Positions 26,888 to 36,600 of a DNA stretch of 64,000 bases are shown here, piece after piece (the first letter of the stretch is position 1; each line of letters opens with the position of its first letter). Position numbers and translations under genes: made by a program. The notes beneath the pieces are model-generated. The model searched no databases. It saw nothing but the letters and a program-made list of their open reading frames with translations, and was not told where the DNA came from. This DNA comes from an uncultured virus (IMG/VR IMGVR_UViG_3300049982_000206) (Duplodnaviria; Heunggongvirae; Uroviricota; Caudoviricetes): the IMG/VR virus record IMGVR_UViG_3300049982_000206. One strand, 5' to 3'.

Positions 26888-28842
26888 TGGCACAAGGCGC
26901 GGGCTACACCTTCAACCCGGCCACGGTCACCGGTACGACGGTCCGGGACATGGCCGGCTACTTCCTCAACGGCACCATCGTCGGATCGGCCGCGCTCGAT
27001 GCTGGAGGCAAGTACGGGCAGGGGTTGCACTGCACCGGCGGAGCTATGCGGGTCGTCGTACCGGCCGACACCTATCCGGTTGACACCAGCGGCGGCTTGA
27101 CCATGGCCGCTTGGGTCAAGCTCGACGACAACACCGCCGCGGCGCGCTGTATCGCTTCCGCCGCCAGCGGATCGGGCGTCGACGTCCGCCTCTACGCATC
27201 GAACTCCGCAGGCAATGTGGAAGCCCGAATTGAGGGCGCTACCTTCAGCACCACCAAGAGCATCCGCGACGGCGCCCACCACCACGTGATGGTCGTCGTG
27301 GACCGGCTGTTCGGCCCCGGCTCGGAATCGGTCCGGATCGTTGTCGATGGCGTCGCCGAGCTGACCTCGACCGGCCTTACAACCGGACTCGGATACAGCG
27401 GGGACGTGACCATGGAGGTCGGCCGGAACGCGCTCGGCGCCGTCGAGCCGCTGTTCGGCATTGTCGACGACTTTCGTTGGTGGAACGACCCTGTCGAATT
27501 GGCTGCCTGGCCAGGCATCATCGCCGCGGAGCAGACCGATTTCCAGCTCGGGATCTACCCACTCGACACCAACGCCAATGACGTCAGCATCTACAACCGG
27601 GGTATCGCGGTCGCCCCCTCCGCATCCTTCGTCCCCGGCATGTACGGCCGCGGCCTGGTCTCCGGTGCGGCGGCTGCCGGCGCCTCAGGAACGATCGCAC
27701 TACCGGACTGCGACCGGCTGTCCCTGACCGGCTGGATCCGGGTAGACACCCTCCCAACCGTCACAGCAGCACCGATCCTCGCAATCACCGATGCCAGCGG
27801 CAACATTCGGATGCGCACGGTCGTCAACACCAACGGCACCATCACCTCGACCTGGACCACGATCAACTACGGAACTCTGTCAGTCACCAGCACCGGTGCC
27901 GTCACGCCCGGGGTGTGGGCACGCATCCAGGTCAGCATGAACCCGACCTACATCGCGATCCGGCTGAACAGCACCACAGAGCAGCAGACCAGCACGGGGA
28001 ACAGCACGCCGCATCTGTCGCCAACCGTCGACGGCCTCAACCGGCTGTACATCGGCGGCGACGCCGTTGCCGGTGGCCAGTGCACTTGGAACTACCTCAC
28101 CCTGACCAAGAACTTCATCAACGACATGACCCTGTACTGGGGAGGTCCGCCCGCTGTCACGCCTTATGCGCCTGCGAACGTTCCGCGGGGTGTGTACGCC
28201 GCCAACGAGAACACCGGTACGGCGGTCAATGACCGGTCCCCCTCGCACAACAACCTGGCACTCACGGGTGCTGGGTCCTGGGTCACCGGCGTGCAGGGCT
28301 CGGCGATCGGTTCAAACGGAACCGGCCCTGGCGCCAACAAGACCTCGGGACTGGCATGGGACGCGTCTCCGAAGGGCTGGGCGTTCTCGGGCTGGTTCAA
28401 GTGCCGGTCGGGCTCATCGGGTGCCCGGATACTGGTCTGGCGCAACTCCACGAAAGACTGCGCGCATGCGTTCTTCCTCGCCAACGCGTTCCAGGTCCGG
28501 CTGTTCGATGCCGCCGGTGACACCGGGATCCAGTCACCCAATGGCAGCGCCGTCACCGCGGAAACCTGGACGCACCTCGCGGCGTCCTGCGACGGGGCAA
28601 CTATCCGGTTCTTCAAAGCCGGGATCTACTACGGTTCGGTGGCCTACTCGCGTGGGGCGCTGCTCGCGCCTAACCAGCTGTACGTCGGTGGCGATCAGCC
28701 GGATGGGGCGGTCGCGGATGTCGATGACCTGGTCATGTTCGACACCCCGATTTCGCCGGGCAATGTGGCGTGGCTGTTCGCCAACCCAGGGAAGTACTAC
28801 GCGCCAGTTGCTCAGTTCGCAGGGTGGGGTGTGCCCCTGTAG
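26887..28842 (+). CDS. LamG/concanavalin A-like lectin repeat protein
   Basis: Three LamG-like units (TMAAWVK, SLTGWIR, FSGWFK; WTHLAAS; VDD). Confidence 0.8.
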   Translation: MAQGAGYTFNPATVTGTTVRDMAGYFLNGTIVGSAALDAGGKYGQGLHCTGGAMRVVVPADTYPVDTSGGLTMAAWVKLDDNTAAARCIASAASGSGVDVRLYASNSAGNVEARIEGATFSTTKSIRDGAHHHVMVVVDRLFGPGSESVRIVVDGVAELTSTGLTTGLGYSGDVTMEVGRNALGAVEPLFGIVDDFRWWNDPVELAAWPGIIAAEQTDFQLGIYPLDTNANDVSIYNRGIAVAPSASFVPGMYGRGLVSGAAAAGASGTIALPDCDRLSLTGWIRVDTLPTVTAAPILAITDASGNIRMRTVVNTNGTITSTWTTINYGTLSVTSTGAVTPGVWARIQVSMNPTYIAIRLNSTTEQQTSTGNSTPHLSPTVDGLNRLYIGGDAVAGGQCTWNYLTLTKNFINDMTLYWGGPPAVTPYAPANVPRGVYAANENTGTAVNDRSPSHNNLALTGAGSWVTGVQGSAIGSNGTGPGANKTSGLAWDASPKGWAFSGWFKCRSGSSGARILVWRNSTKDCAHAFFLANAFQVRLFDAAGDTGIQSPNGSAVTAETWTHLAASCDGATIRFFKAGIYYGSVAYSRGALLAPNQLYVGGDQPDGAVADVDDLVMFDTPISPGNVAWLFANPGKYYAPVAQFAGWGVPL

Positions 28843-28849
28843 GGCACGC

Positions 28850-28898
28850 GAAAGCGCCGCTCCTGCACACCCCCGGTTCGGTGCAGGAACGGCGCTTC
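28850..28898. terminator. bidirectional stem-loop between convergent genes
   Basis: AAGCGCCG.TCCTGCAC...GTGCAGGA.CGGCGCTT. Confidence 0.7.
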
Positions 28899-28908
28899 TG
28901 GGTGTCGG

Positions 28909-29391
28909 TCAGGCGTAGGTGAAGGCGCCAGCCGCCGTGACGTCCCCGGACGCGTCCTGGATCACGACCGCGACCGCTCCGGCGGCGTGCGGCGGGGTGG
29001 TGCAGGTGATCTTGGTGTCGGAGACGACCTTGACGTTGGTCGCCGCGGTGCCGCCGAAGGTGACCCCTCGTACCCCGGCGAACCCGGTGCCGGTGATGGT
29101 GACGGCGAGGTTTCCCGCAGCCAGACCGGACGCCGGCGCGATCGCGGTGAACGCCGCGGACGACGAGGAGTACATCGCGTCGATCTGCGCCTGCGGGACC
29201 TCCTGGCCGGCGATGAACAACTTCGACCGCTTGCTCTTCGCGCTGTCGTCGAAGTCCTTCCCGCCGGGGAAGGGCGTGATCTCGAAGATGTCCTCGGTGA
29301 ACTTCACGATCGGAGGCTGCGGAACGCTGGTGGTCAGGGCGAGCAGCTGCGCCTTGGTCAGCTTCGTCCCGGCGCTGTTGACGATGGTCAT
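28909..29391 (-). CDS. IPT/TIG (Ig-like) domain protein
   Basis: VTITGTGF..VTFGG...VVSDTKITCTTP...FTY; GAAAGG RBS; own promoter motif on minus strand. Confidence 0.85.
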   Translation of the reverse strand: MTIVNSAGTKLTKAQLLALTTSVPQPPIVKFTEDIFEITPFPGGKDFDDSAKSKRSKLFIAGQEVPQAQIDAMYSSSSAAFTAIAPASGLAAGNLAVTITGTGFAGVRGVTFGGTAATNVKVVSDTKITCTTPPHAAGAVAVVIQDASGDVTAAGAFTYA

Positions 29392-29427
29392 GGTCGGCCT
29401 TTCGGGTGGGGATGGTGCGACGCGCAC

Positions 29428-29461
29428 ACCGTGCCACCGCTAGCTGGTTAGTGTCGCGCGG
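29428..29461 (-). promoter_or_regulatory. phage promoter motif (minus strand)
   Basis: CCGCGCGACACTAAC-N13-CACGGT. Confidence 0.75.
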
Positions 29462-29464
29462 AGC

Positions 29465-29498
29465 CGACGCGACACAAGCCTCCCTGAAAGTGCAGGGT
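29465..29498 (+). promoter_or_regulatory. phage promoter motif
   Basis: CGACGCGACACAAGC-N13-CAGGGT. Confidence 0.7.
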
Positions 29499-29505
29499 CA
29501 TGCGC

Positions 29506-30048
29506 ATGGTCACAAGGTTCGAGCCGGCTCGCGATCTTGACGCTGTCGTTGCGGCGAAGCTGGCCTTTCCGTTCGTCAACCGGCTGAGCGAGGAGCTGCT
29601 GACTCCTGCGCGAGCTGCGGCGCCGGATGCCAAGGTCTGGGTGACCGTACGGGACGAGCGCGTGCGGCACAGCCACGTCGAGACCGATGGGCAGATGATC
29701 CCGGAGAACCTGCGTTACAAGGTCCCCAAGGTCAACACCGGTGACGACGTCAATGACGTACGGGCTGGGTTCGACTTGGCGCGGCAGCCCCGAGACACCA
29801 ACCTGCCGATCGGGAACCGGATCAACTGCCGGTGTGAGTCGATCCCGCTGCCGGGGGCGATCGCCGCCTCTGTGGTTCAGATGCCGACGGTCCTTCAAGG
29901 TACCCGCGTGACTGGCGGGATCGAGAGCCGCTTCCCTCGGGTCGGGGAGTCCCACGAGGGCACGACTGGAGACTCGGCTGTGCCGTTCATGCGTCAGGCG
30001 ATCCAGGCAGTCGCGGCTGCTCACCCGGGCTCGCGCCGTACGCGGTGA
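29506..30048 (+). CDS. MuF-like domain / HK97 gp10-like neck protein
   Basis: WVTVRDERVRHSHVETDGQ...INCRC; C-terminal HEGT...PFMRQAI. Confidence 0.7.
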   Translation: MVTRFEPARDLDAVVAAKLAFPFVNRLSEELLTPARAAAPDAKVWVTVRDERVRHSHVETDGQMIPENLRYKVPKVNTGDDVNDVRAGFDLARQPRDTNLPIGNRINCRCESIPLPGAIAASVVQMPTVLQGTRVTGGIESRFPRVGESHEGTTGDSAVPFMRQAIQAVAAAHPGSRRTR

Positions 30049-30049
30049 C

Positions 30050-30083
30050 CGACGCGACACAAAGCCGTAGACCACGGCAAGGT
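30050..30083 (+). promoter_or_regulatory. phage promoter motif
   Basis: CGACGCGACACAAAG-N13-CAAGGT. Confidence 0.7.
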
Positions 30084-30122
30084 GTGCTCGACCGACCAAC
30101 TGGCACAGGGAGAACCCGCGTC

Positions 30123-30560
30123 ATGACCACGAACAGCAGGAAGAACACCTCCACGAGCGCCACCGCCGTCACGCCGGACAGCGCCGCGGACAAGGCCGCG
30201 GACAGCGCTGCGGTGGCCGACACGCTGCCCACCGACGATGCGGCTGTCGAGCCGGCCAGCACCGAACTGCAGACGCCCACGCCGGATGCAGTAGCACCCG
30301 CCCCGGCGGCGCCCGCCGCCCCGGAACCGGCCGCGGTGGTCGATGCACCGGCGAACGACGGCTTGGTCAGCGTGTTGCTGGCCCACCCGCTGGACAAGCC
30401 GGAGGATCTGCGTCGTCTCGGCCTGAAGGAGAAGGCCGGAGTCGGCGGCGAGATTCGCATCTCGCCCGACCACGCCCGGATGCTGATCAACGCCGGCTAC
30501 GCCCAGACCGACCCCGAGGACCAGGAAGCCGTCGCTGCGGTTCTCGGCGCGAACGCGTGA
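30123..30560 (+). CDS. hypothetical protein
   Basis: GGGAG RBS; codon bias. Confidence 0.65.
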   Translation: MTTNSRKNTSTSATAVTPDSAADKAADSAAVADTLPTDDAAVEPASTELQTPTPDAVAPAPAAPAAPEPAAVVDAPANDGLVSVLLAHPLDKPEDLRRLGLKEKAGVGGEIRISPDHARMLINAGYAQTDPEDQEAVAAVLGANA

Positions 30561-30569
30561 GCTGACGCC

Positions 30570-31010
30570 GTGCCTGACCTGGTCGACGCCGATCCGGCCG
30601 CGGTCGTCATCGCCTACCTGAGCAGCCACCCGGCTGTCACGGAGGCGCTTGGCGGCCCTGGTCGGATCTCGCTGAAGAACCAACCGCCGTACCCACACCT
30701 CGGCGTCGCTGACACTCCTGGCGGCTCCGACCGCGATCTACGGTGGCTCATCTCCCCGGAGATCTCCCTCACGCTCTGGGGTGACCTTGACGGTTCTCCC
30801 GGCAAGGCGGCACTCCGGCGGGCCCTCTACACCGTCCTGCAGGCTCTTGCAGAGCTGCCCGAGCAGGCGACCGGGCCTGGGCAGCCTGTCGTCACGGCGG
30901 TCGAGTCAAGCGGTGCTGGTGGATGGTCCCCGGAGCCAACCGGGCAACCTCGGTATCTCAGCCGCGTCCGGGTCTACATGCACCCGCCGGTCGAGGCGCC
31001 GACCCCCTAG
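30570..31010 (+). CDS. tail terminator-like protein
   Basis: Size, synteny, PRY motif. Confidence 0.65.
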   Translation: MPDLVDADPAAVVIAYLSSHPAVTEALGGPGRISLKNQPPYPHLGVADTPGGSDRDLRWLISPEISLTLWGDLDGSPGKAALRRALYTVLQALAELPEQATGPGQPVVTAVESSGAGGWSPEPTGQPRYLSRVRVYMHPPVEAPTP

Positions 31011-31711
31011 CGCGGCGTCTTGTCCGTGACGATCTCGAACAGGGGAACGTCCTGTGTACCGGGTGCGCGGGAAGCTCGCCGTTTGGCCATTGCGCCGGTG
31101 ATCATGGCCCGGCGCCGATCCGACTCACGGGCTCGGTCCGCCTTGCAGATCCGGCAGTCTCGCGTCTTCCGTGTCGGATGCCAGTAAGTGTTCTCAGGCG
31201 TGAATTCGTGCCCGTGGTCGCAGTGTGTCTTGCGTGCGTTAACGGCCGTCGGCGATCCGGATCGTGCGTTGTTCTCCTCCGGGGTCACCGCCTGCAGATG
31301 ACCCGGGTTGACGCACAGCCGGTGAATGCAGTCGAAGTCCGCTAGGGCACAGACGTCCCATTCATGGCAGACGTGGTCAACCTGATGGTCTGGCGGGATC
31401 TCGCCGTTGCAGTGCTCCCAGATCCACCGGTGTGCAAGCACTGTCGCCTCTTCTGAGACCCGGAAGAGGCCGTAGCCGTTCTCGGTGACAGCGCCGGTCC
31501 AGATCCAGCAGGGGCCGAGGCTGGCGTCTGGAGGGATCGGGCCGGCCATGTCGATCTTGTGCATGAACCGCCTGCCGGGGATGCCCCGTACGACGATCCG
31601 TGCTCGCTCTCCTGAGTCCAGGACGTCGCGGTAGCAGTCCGGGCACATGCCGCGGCGGCGGCGACGGTTGTCCGTCGATCCGCAGACGGTGCAGGCCGGG
31701 GTCATTTCCAC
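31007..31711 (-). CDS. HNH homing-type endonuclease
   Basis: CWIWTG..NGYG, AHR, DHVC, CVNPGHL, EENNAR, KTHCDHGHEF. Confidence 0.9.
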   Translation of the reverse strand: MEMTPACTVCGSTDNRRRRRGMCPDCYRDVLDSGERARIVVRGIPGRRFMHKIDMAGPIPPDASLGPCWIWTGAVTENGYGLFRVSEEATVLAHRWIWEHCNGEIPPDHQVDHVCHEWDVCALADFDCIHRLCVNPGHLQAVTPEENNARSGSPTAVNARKTHCDHGHEFTPENTYWHPTRKTRDCRICKADRARESDRRRAMITGAMAKRRASRAPGTQDVPLFEIVTDKTPR

Positions 31712-31738
31712 AGTTTCGCAGGGCTGGCCGTGTTCGCT

Positions 31739-31772
31739 CGACGCGACACTAACCAGGCCGCACTCCTACGTT
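31739..31772 (+). promoter_or_regulatory. phage promoter motif (tail tube)
   Basis: CGACGCGACACTAAC-N13-TACGTT. Confidence 0.8.
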
Positions 31773-31837
31773 GCCGGTGACCACGACGCCGCTGCCCTGA
31801 ACACGGAGTCACAACATCGCATGAGGGAGTGCAGACA

Positions 31838-32410
31838 ATGGGTGACAAGACCCGCATTGTCGTGGCTCAGATGGCGCGGGTTTATCTCGCCCCCGTCGGT
31901 ACGGCGGCGCCCGTCGACGCCACCACCGCTTTGGCCGCGGCATGGAAAGAGGTCGGCTACTTCACGCCGGACTCGCTTGGATGGTCCACCGATCCGTCGT
32001 TCGAGGAAGTGCGTTCGCACCAGTCGAACTACCCGACCCGGAAGTTCCAGACCGAGGACGCCGCGACGGCCGAGGTCGACCTGCAGGAGTGGTCGTCGGC
32101 CAACTTCCGATCGGTGTACGGCGGTGGAACCGTCACCGAGATCACGCCGGCCATGACCCCGCCGCAGTACAAGTTCTCGCCTCCGGCGATCGGCGGTCGC
32201 GAGAGCGTCGCTGCGGTGATCGAGATCATCGACGGCTCGAAGCACTACCGGCGCGTCATCCCCCGCTGCGAGCAGGGCGAGGGCGTCGAGCAGACCTTCG
32301 AGAAGACCAGCGAGTCGACGCTTCCGCTGCGGCTTTCGGTCCTGGGCGCTGACATCGGCGACCCGTGGTACGACCTGACCGACGACCCGGCGTTCGCGCC
32401 GGCTGCGTAG
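31838..32410 (+). CDS. major tail (tube) protein
   Basis: VYLAPVGT...WKEVGY..DSL, LQEWS; synteny. Confidence 0.8.
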   Translation: MGDKTRIVVAQMARVYLAPVGTAAPVDATTALAAAWKEVGYFTPDSLGWSTDPSFEEVRSHQSNYPTRKFQTEDAATAEVDLQEWSSANFRSVYGGGTVTEITPAMTPPQYKFSPPAIGGRESVAAVIEIIDGSKHYRRVIPRCEQGEGVEQTFEKTSESTLPLRLSVLGADIGDPWYDLTDDPAFAPAA

Positions 32411-32428
32411 GTTCAGGCGGATTGTGAC

Positions 32429-32462
32429 CGACGCGACACTGGCCGGATCGGCTGGATAGCTT
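32429..32462 (+). promoter_or_regulatory. phage promoter motif (sRNA 1)
   Basis: CGACGCGACACTGGC-N13-TAGCTT. Confidence 0.7.
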
Positions 32463-32469
32463 CGGTCAC

Positions 32470-32590
32470 GTACCGGGGACTTCCCCTCTGTCCTCCAGCA
32501 TTCCCCCGCTGACAGCAGGGCGTCTCCGGTACACCCCCCACGGTTCGGCCCCTTGGCTCTGCTCCTCACCAGAGTCCGGGGGCCGAGCCA
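32470..32590 (+). ncRNA. candidate structured small RNA 1
   Basis: Own promoter motif 32429-32462; stem 32470-32480/32522-32532 and hairpin 32542-32589; no credible ORF. Confidence 0.5.
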
Positions 32591-32601
32591 TGTGCGTTGC
32601 T

Positions 32602-32635
32602 CGACGCGACGCTAACCAGCGCTGACACCTACGTT
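32602..32635 (+). promoter_or_regulatory. phage promoter motif (sRNA 2)
   Basis: CGACGCGACGCTAAC-N13-TACGTT. Confidence 0.8.
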
Positions 32636-32641
32636 CGTCCC

Positions 32642-32710
32642 GCTCGCCCAGGCGGTGCGAGCACGCGGAGGTGGCGAGCGCTACCGGGGTCAGCCTCGCC
32701 ACCTCCGCCC
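32642..32710 (+). ncRNA. candidate structured small RNA 2
   Basis: Own promoter motif 32602-32635; hairpin 32642-32662 and perfect 14-bp stem 32665-32678/32695-32708. Confidence 0.45.
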
Positions 32711-32720
32711 CCTGGTTGCT

Positions 32721-32754
32721 CGGCGCGACGTTAACCAGTCCCGCTACCTAGCCT
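32721..32754 (+). promoter_or_regulatory. phage promoter motif (chaperone/tape measure)
   Basis: CGGCGCGACGTTAAC-N13-TAGCCT. Confidence 0.75.
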
Positions 32755-32792
32755 TCGAGCGAGTTGACCCCGAAACCCCAGGAAGGCCACAG

Positions 32793-33350
32793 ATGAGCGA
32801 CGAATTCGAGGGCCTGGACCTCGACCAGGAGCGGCAGGTTCGCGCGGCGACGCGCGAGGGAAAGAAGGCCGAGCTGCCGATCAGGATCGGGGGCGAGGTG
32901 ATCGCTACCCTGCCGGCCGAGTTGCCGTTCGGCGTCATCACACCGCTGCGCAAGATCGACGACACAATCGCCCTCGTGATCCGCGAGGGGATGCGGTTGG
33001 TTTCCGACCAGGCCGCCGCCGCGAAGTGGCAGTCGACCGAACTGGTCGTGAACATCCTTGCCTCGAACGAGAACCTTCCGACCAAGGTCGTCGAGGTCAT
33101 CGAGGAGATCAGCACGAATCTGCTGACCCGCGAAGGCATGGACAGGTTCATGGCTGCGAACCCGTCCATGCAGGACATCAAGGCGCTTGCCCTGGGCATC
33201 TTCGCCTATTACGGGGTGAGCCTGGGGGAAGCATCGCCGTCCTCCGACTCGTCGACCGGCGATGGGGGGACGTCTCCTACGACTTCCAGCACGAACTCGG
33301 ACTCGACGCCCGAGGAATCTGGGCCGAACCAGGAACCCCTGGCTTCATAG
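32793..33350 (+). CDS. tail assembly chaperone (G)
   Basis: Between tail tube and tape measure; slippery GGGGGAA at 33224-33230. Confidence 0.8.
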   Translation: MSDEFEGLDLDQERQVRAATREGKKAELPIRIGGEVIATLPAELPFGVITPLRKIDDTIALVIREGMRLVSDQAAAAKWQSTELVVNILASNENLPTKVVEVIEEISTNLLTREGMDRFMAANPSMQDIKALALGIFAYYGVSLGEASPSSDSSTGDGGTSPTTSSTNSDSTPEESGPNQEPLAS

Positions 33351-33652
33351 GCGTCCGCCGGTTCCTGGAGTACGTCAACAGACTCCCTAGAACCGCCTGC
33401 ATCCGGACCACAGCAGAGCAACGCACACGGGAGGAGTGGACGGTGGAGCGCGAGTTGCTGTCGCAGCTGGTCGAAGTCGTGTCGGTCAGTGCCTCCGGCA
33501 AGCAGCTCAAGAAGAACATCGTCATCCCCCGTCCTGACTACGTGAAGCGGCGCAGCAAGGCGCTCGCCTCCGGCGTCACCAACGTCCCTGACGGGGCGTT
33601 CAAGCAGGGCATCGCGGTGCTCGCAGCGACGAGTCCGGCGGTACGCCGATGA
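33224..33652 (+). CDS. tail assembly chaperone -1 frameshift extension (GT)
   Basis: Open -1 frame from GGGGGAA to 33652 (WGDVSYDFQHELGLD...RLP). Confidence 0.75.
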   Translation, partial: GGSIAVLRLVDRRWGDVSYDFQHELGLDARGIWAEPGTPGFIGVRRFLEYVNRLPRTACIRTTAEQRTREEWTVERELLSQLVEVVSVSASGKQLKKNIVIPRPDYVKRRSKALASGVTNVPDGAFKQGIAVLAATSPAVRR

Positions 33653-36600
33653 CTGAGGAAATCGATGCTGGCCGGCTCGTAGCCGAGGTTGTCTCGGACA
33701 CCACCGGGTTCGGTCGGGACGCGAAGAAGAAGATCGACGCCGAGGTCCGCGCTCTCAAGGCGCGGATCAAGGCGGAGATCGACACTCGCGGCCTGGTCAC
33801 CCAGGCGAAGGCCGCAGCCAAGGAAGCCTCCAAGGCCGCCGTCGTCCGACTAAAAGTCCAGCTCGACACCAAAGGCCTGATCGGTCAGGCACGTACTGCT
33901 GCCGCCGCCGCAGCCGCGGCAGCGACCGTGCATCTGAAGACCGACCTCGACACGCGCGCCCTCGTCGCTCAGGCCAAGGTCGCGGCGAAAGAGGCCTCCG
34001 CTGCCGCTCATGTCACCCTGACCGTTGATGCCGACATCCGCAGGGCTGAAGCCGAGGTCGAAGCGTTCAAGCGCAAGACCCGGCAGGACCCGGTGCAGTT
34101 GCCGCCGATCGTCCCATCAGGGAACAAGGGCCTGACCGAGGCGTCGAGGGCACTCAAGCAGCTGTCTGTCGCCCCAGCGATCGCTGGAGGGGTCTTCCTG
34201 CTCGGCACCGCCGTTGTCCAGCTAGGCGGCGGCCTGCTGGCGGTCGCCTCCGCTGCCGCTCAGGCAGTGGGGACCGTGGCCATCCTGCCCAACCTGGCCG
34301 GAGTCGCCGCCCAGGGAGTCGCGTCTCTCCTGATCGGCGTCAGCGGGGTCGGCGGCGCCCTCAGCGCCATGTCCGCAGCAGAGAAGGCCACGACTGCTTC
34401 CACCGCGGCCGGCGGCGCTCAGGCGACTGCTACCGCGCGCGCTGTGGAAGCGGCGAGCCGGGCCCGCACGCGCGCCGCGCAGGCCGTCAAAGACGCGCAG
34501 CAGAGCCTGGCAGACGCGCAGAAGGCCGCTGACGACCAGGCGATCTCCGGCGCGCGCTCCGTGGCGGACGCGCGCCGCGCGCTGGCGGACGCGCGCTACG
34601 ACGCGGACGATCGCGCGCGCGCCGCGATCGAGTCGGTCAGCGACGCGGAGTGGTCACTGGCGCGCTCCCAGGAATCGGCGCGCGACGCGCAGCAGAGCCT
34701 GACCGAGGCGCGTGTAGCCGCGAAGCAGCGCATCGACGACCTCAACGCCGCACTGAAGACCGGTGCGCTCAACGAGGAAGAGGCCGCGCTCGCTGTCGAG
34801 AAGGCTCGCCAGAATCTGCAGGACGTGAAGTGGAACGTCGCCTCCTCCGACCTGGACGAAAAGGAGGCTCAGCTCGCCATCAAGCGGGCCGAGGAGAACG
34901 AAGCGCGCATCAAGGACGCCAACAAGAAGACCGCCGCTGACGCCGCCAAGGCGAACCAGCAGGGCGTCGAGGGGTCGGATGAGGTCACCAGCGCGCGCGA
35001 GCGGGTCCGGGACGCGCTGCATGCCGAGCAGGAGGACACCGAGAACCTGGCGAAGGCTCAACGAGATCTGGCCAGGGATCAGGTCGAGTCGGCGCGCGCG
35101 ATCGAGCTGGCCCAGCGCGCCGTCGGCGACGCGGTCAAGCAGAACCGCGATGGTGAGATCTCCGCCGCGCGGGCGATCGAGCAGGCGCAGCGCGGGATCG
35201 TCGACGCCAAGGCGAACTACGTCGACGCCCAGCGGGCCGTCGCTGACGCCAACAAGACCGCCGCCGCGGGCGGCACGAAGGCCGCTGCGGCACAGACCGC
35301 TCTCGCCGCGGCCATGGACAAGCTGTCTCCTGCTGGCAAGCGGTTCGCGAAGTTCATCTACGGGCTCAAGCCGCAATGGGAGTCCCTGCGCAGCGCAGTC
35401 CAAGAATCTCTCCTGCCGCCGATCCAGCGCGGCATCACGGCCGCCCTGCCCCTGCTCGGCACGCTCCAGGACAAACTGGTCGACAGCGCCGGAGTCGCCG
35501 GTGGGCTCGGGGAGGCGATCGGCGAGGCGCTCGGTGAGCAGTCTTTCCGGAACGACGTCGGCACGATCATGGACAGCAACAACCGGGCCATGTCGTCGTT
35601 CGGTGCTGCTGGCCTCAGCGTGATCCAGATCCTCCGAAACCTCGCTGTCGCGGCTGGCCCCCTGACCGAGCGGTTCGCGTCCTGGGTCAAGGCGCTGACC
35701 GCCGGCTGGGAGGAAGAGGTCAAGGTCGGTCGCGAGACTGGCAAATTGGAGGGCTGGCTCGACAAGGCCGGAGATACCGCGGCTCTCCTCGGCGGCATCT
35801 TCAAGAACGTCGGAGGCGCCCTCTTCGGTCTCGGCAAGGCGGCCGCCCCCGCAGGTCGGGATCTGCTGAACACCTTCGACAAGGTCGCCGAGCGGTGGAA
35901 CACCTTCGCCAACTCCGACGCTGGCCAAGCCCAGATGCGGGAGTTCTTCGCGGCAACGAAGCCCGTCACAGAGGAACTCGGCAAGCTGGTCGTCAACCTC
36001 GTCGAGTTCATCACCAAGGCTGGCGAGGGTGGCGGTGGCAGCCTCAACGGGTTCCTGCAGACCCTCAACTTCATCCTCGGCGCTCTGAACAAGCTGATGG
36101 CCATCCCCGGCGTAGCACCCGTGCTCGGCTGGGTGATGACGCTTGCCGGTGTAGGCGGCGCGCTCGGTCTGACCGCGTCGGTAGTGCTCAAGATGGGCAG
36201 CAACCTTCAGAAGCTGGCCAAGGTCTCCGGCCTGCAGAAGATCGTCGACCAGATCCGCGGTGTTGGTGACGCTGGCAAGGACTCGTCGAAGACGATCAGC
36301 GGTCCGTTCACGAAGGCGATGAAGACCGCCGGTGGGGCGATCGCGAGCGCCGCCCGGGCGACATGGGGCTGGATCGTGGCCCAGGGCAAGGCAGCAATCG
36401 CGACGGCGGCCACAACCGGCAAACTGATCGCTCAGCGCATCGCCTCGGCCGCAATGGTGGTTTGGGGAGGCCTGGTGCGGATCGCGACCCTGGCCTGGAC
36501 TGCCGCCCAGTGGCTGTTGAACATCGCCCTATCCCCGATCGGGCTCATCGTGATTGCCATCGTGGCAGCGATCGGGCTTCTCGTTCTGGGCTTCATCTAC

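Noticed and set aside
32562..32569. sRNA loop CTCCTCAC complementary to the RBS at 25322-25329 as a specific target
   Set aside because: An 8-nt match to an SD-like sequence is expected by chance
32429..32754. Three spaced repeats as a mini CRISPR array
   Set aside because: The repeats are 15-bp copies of the genome-wide promoter motif, with unequal spacing (173 and 119 bp)
33770..34010. Three DTRxLVxQAKxAA repeats in the tape measure N-terminus
   Set aside because: Ordinary tape-measure repeats
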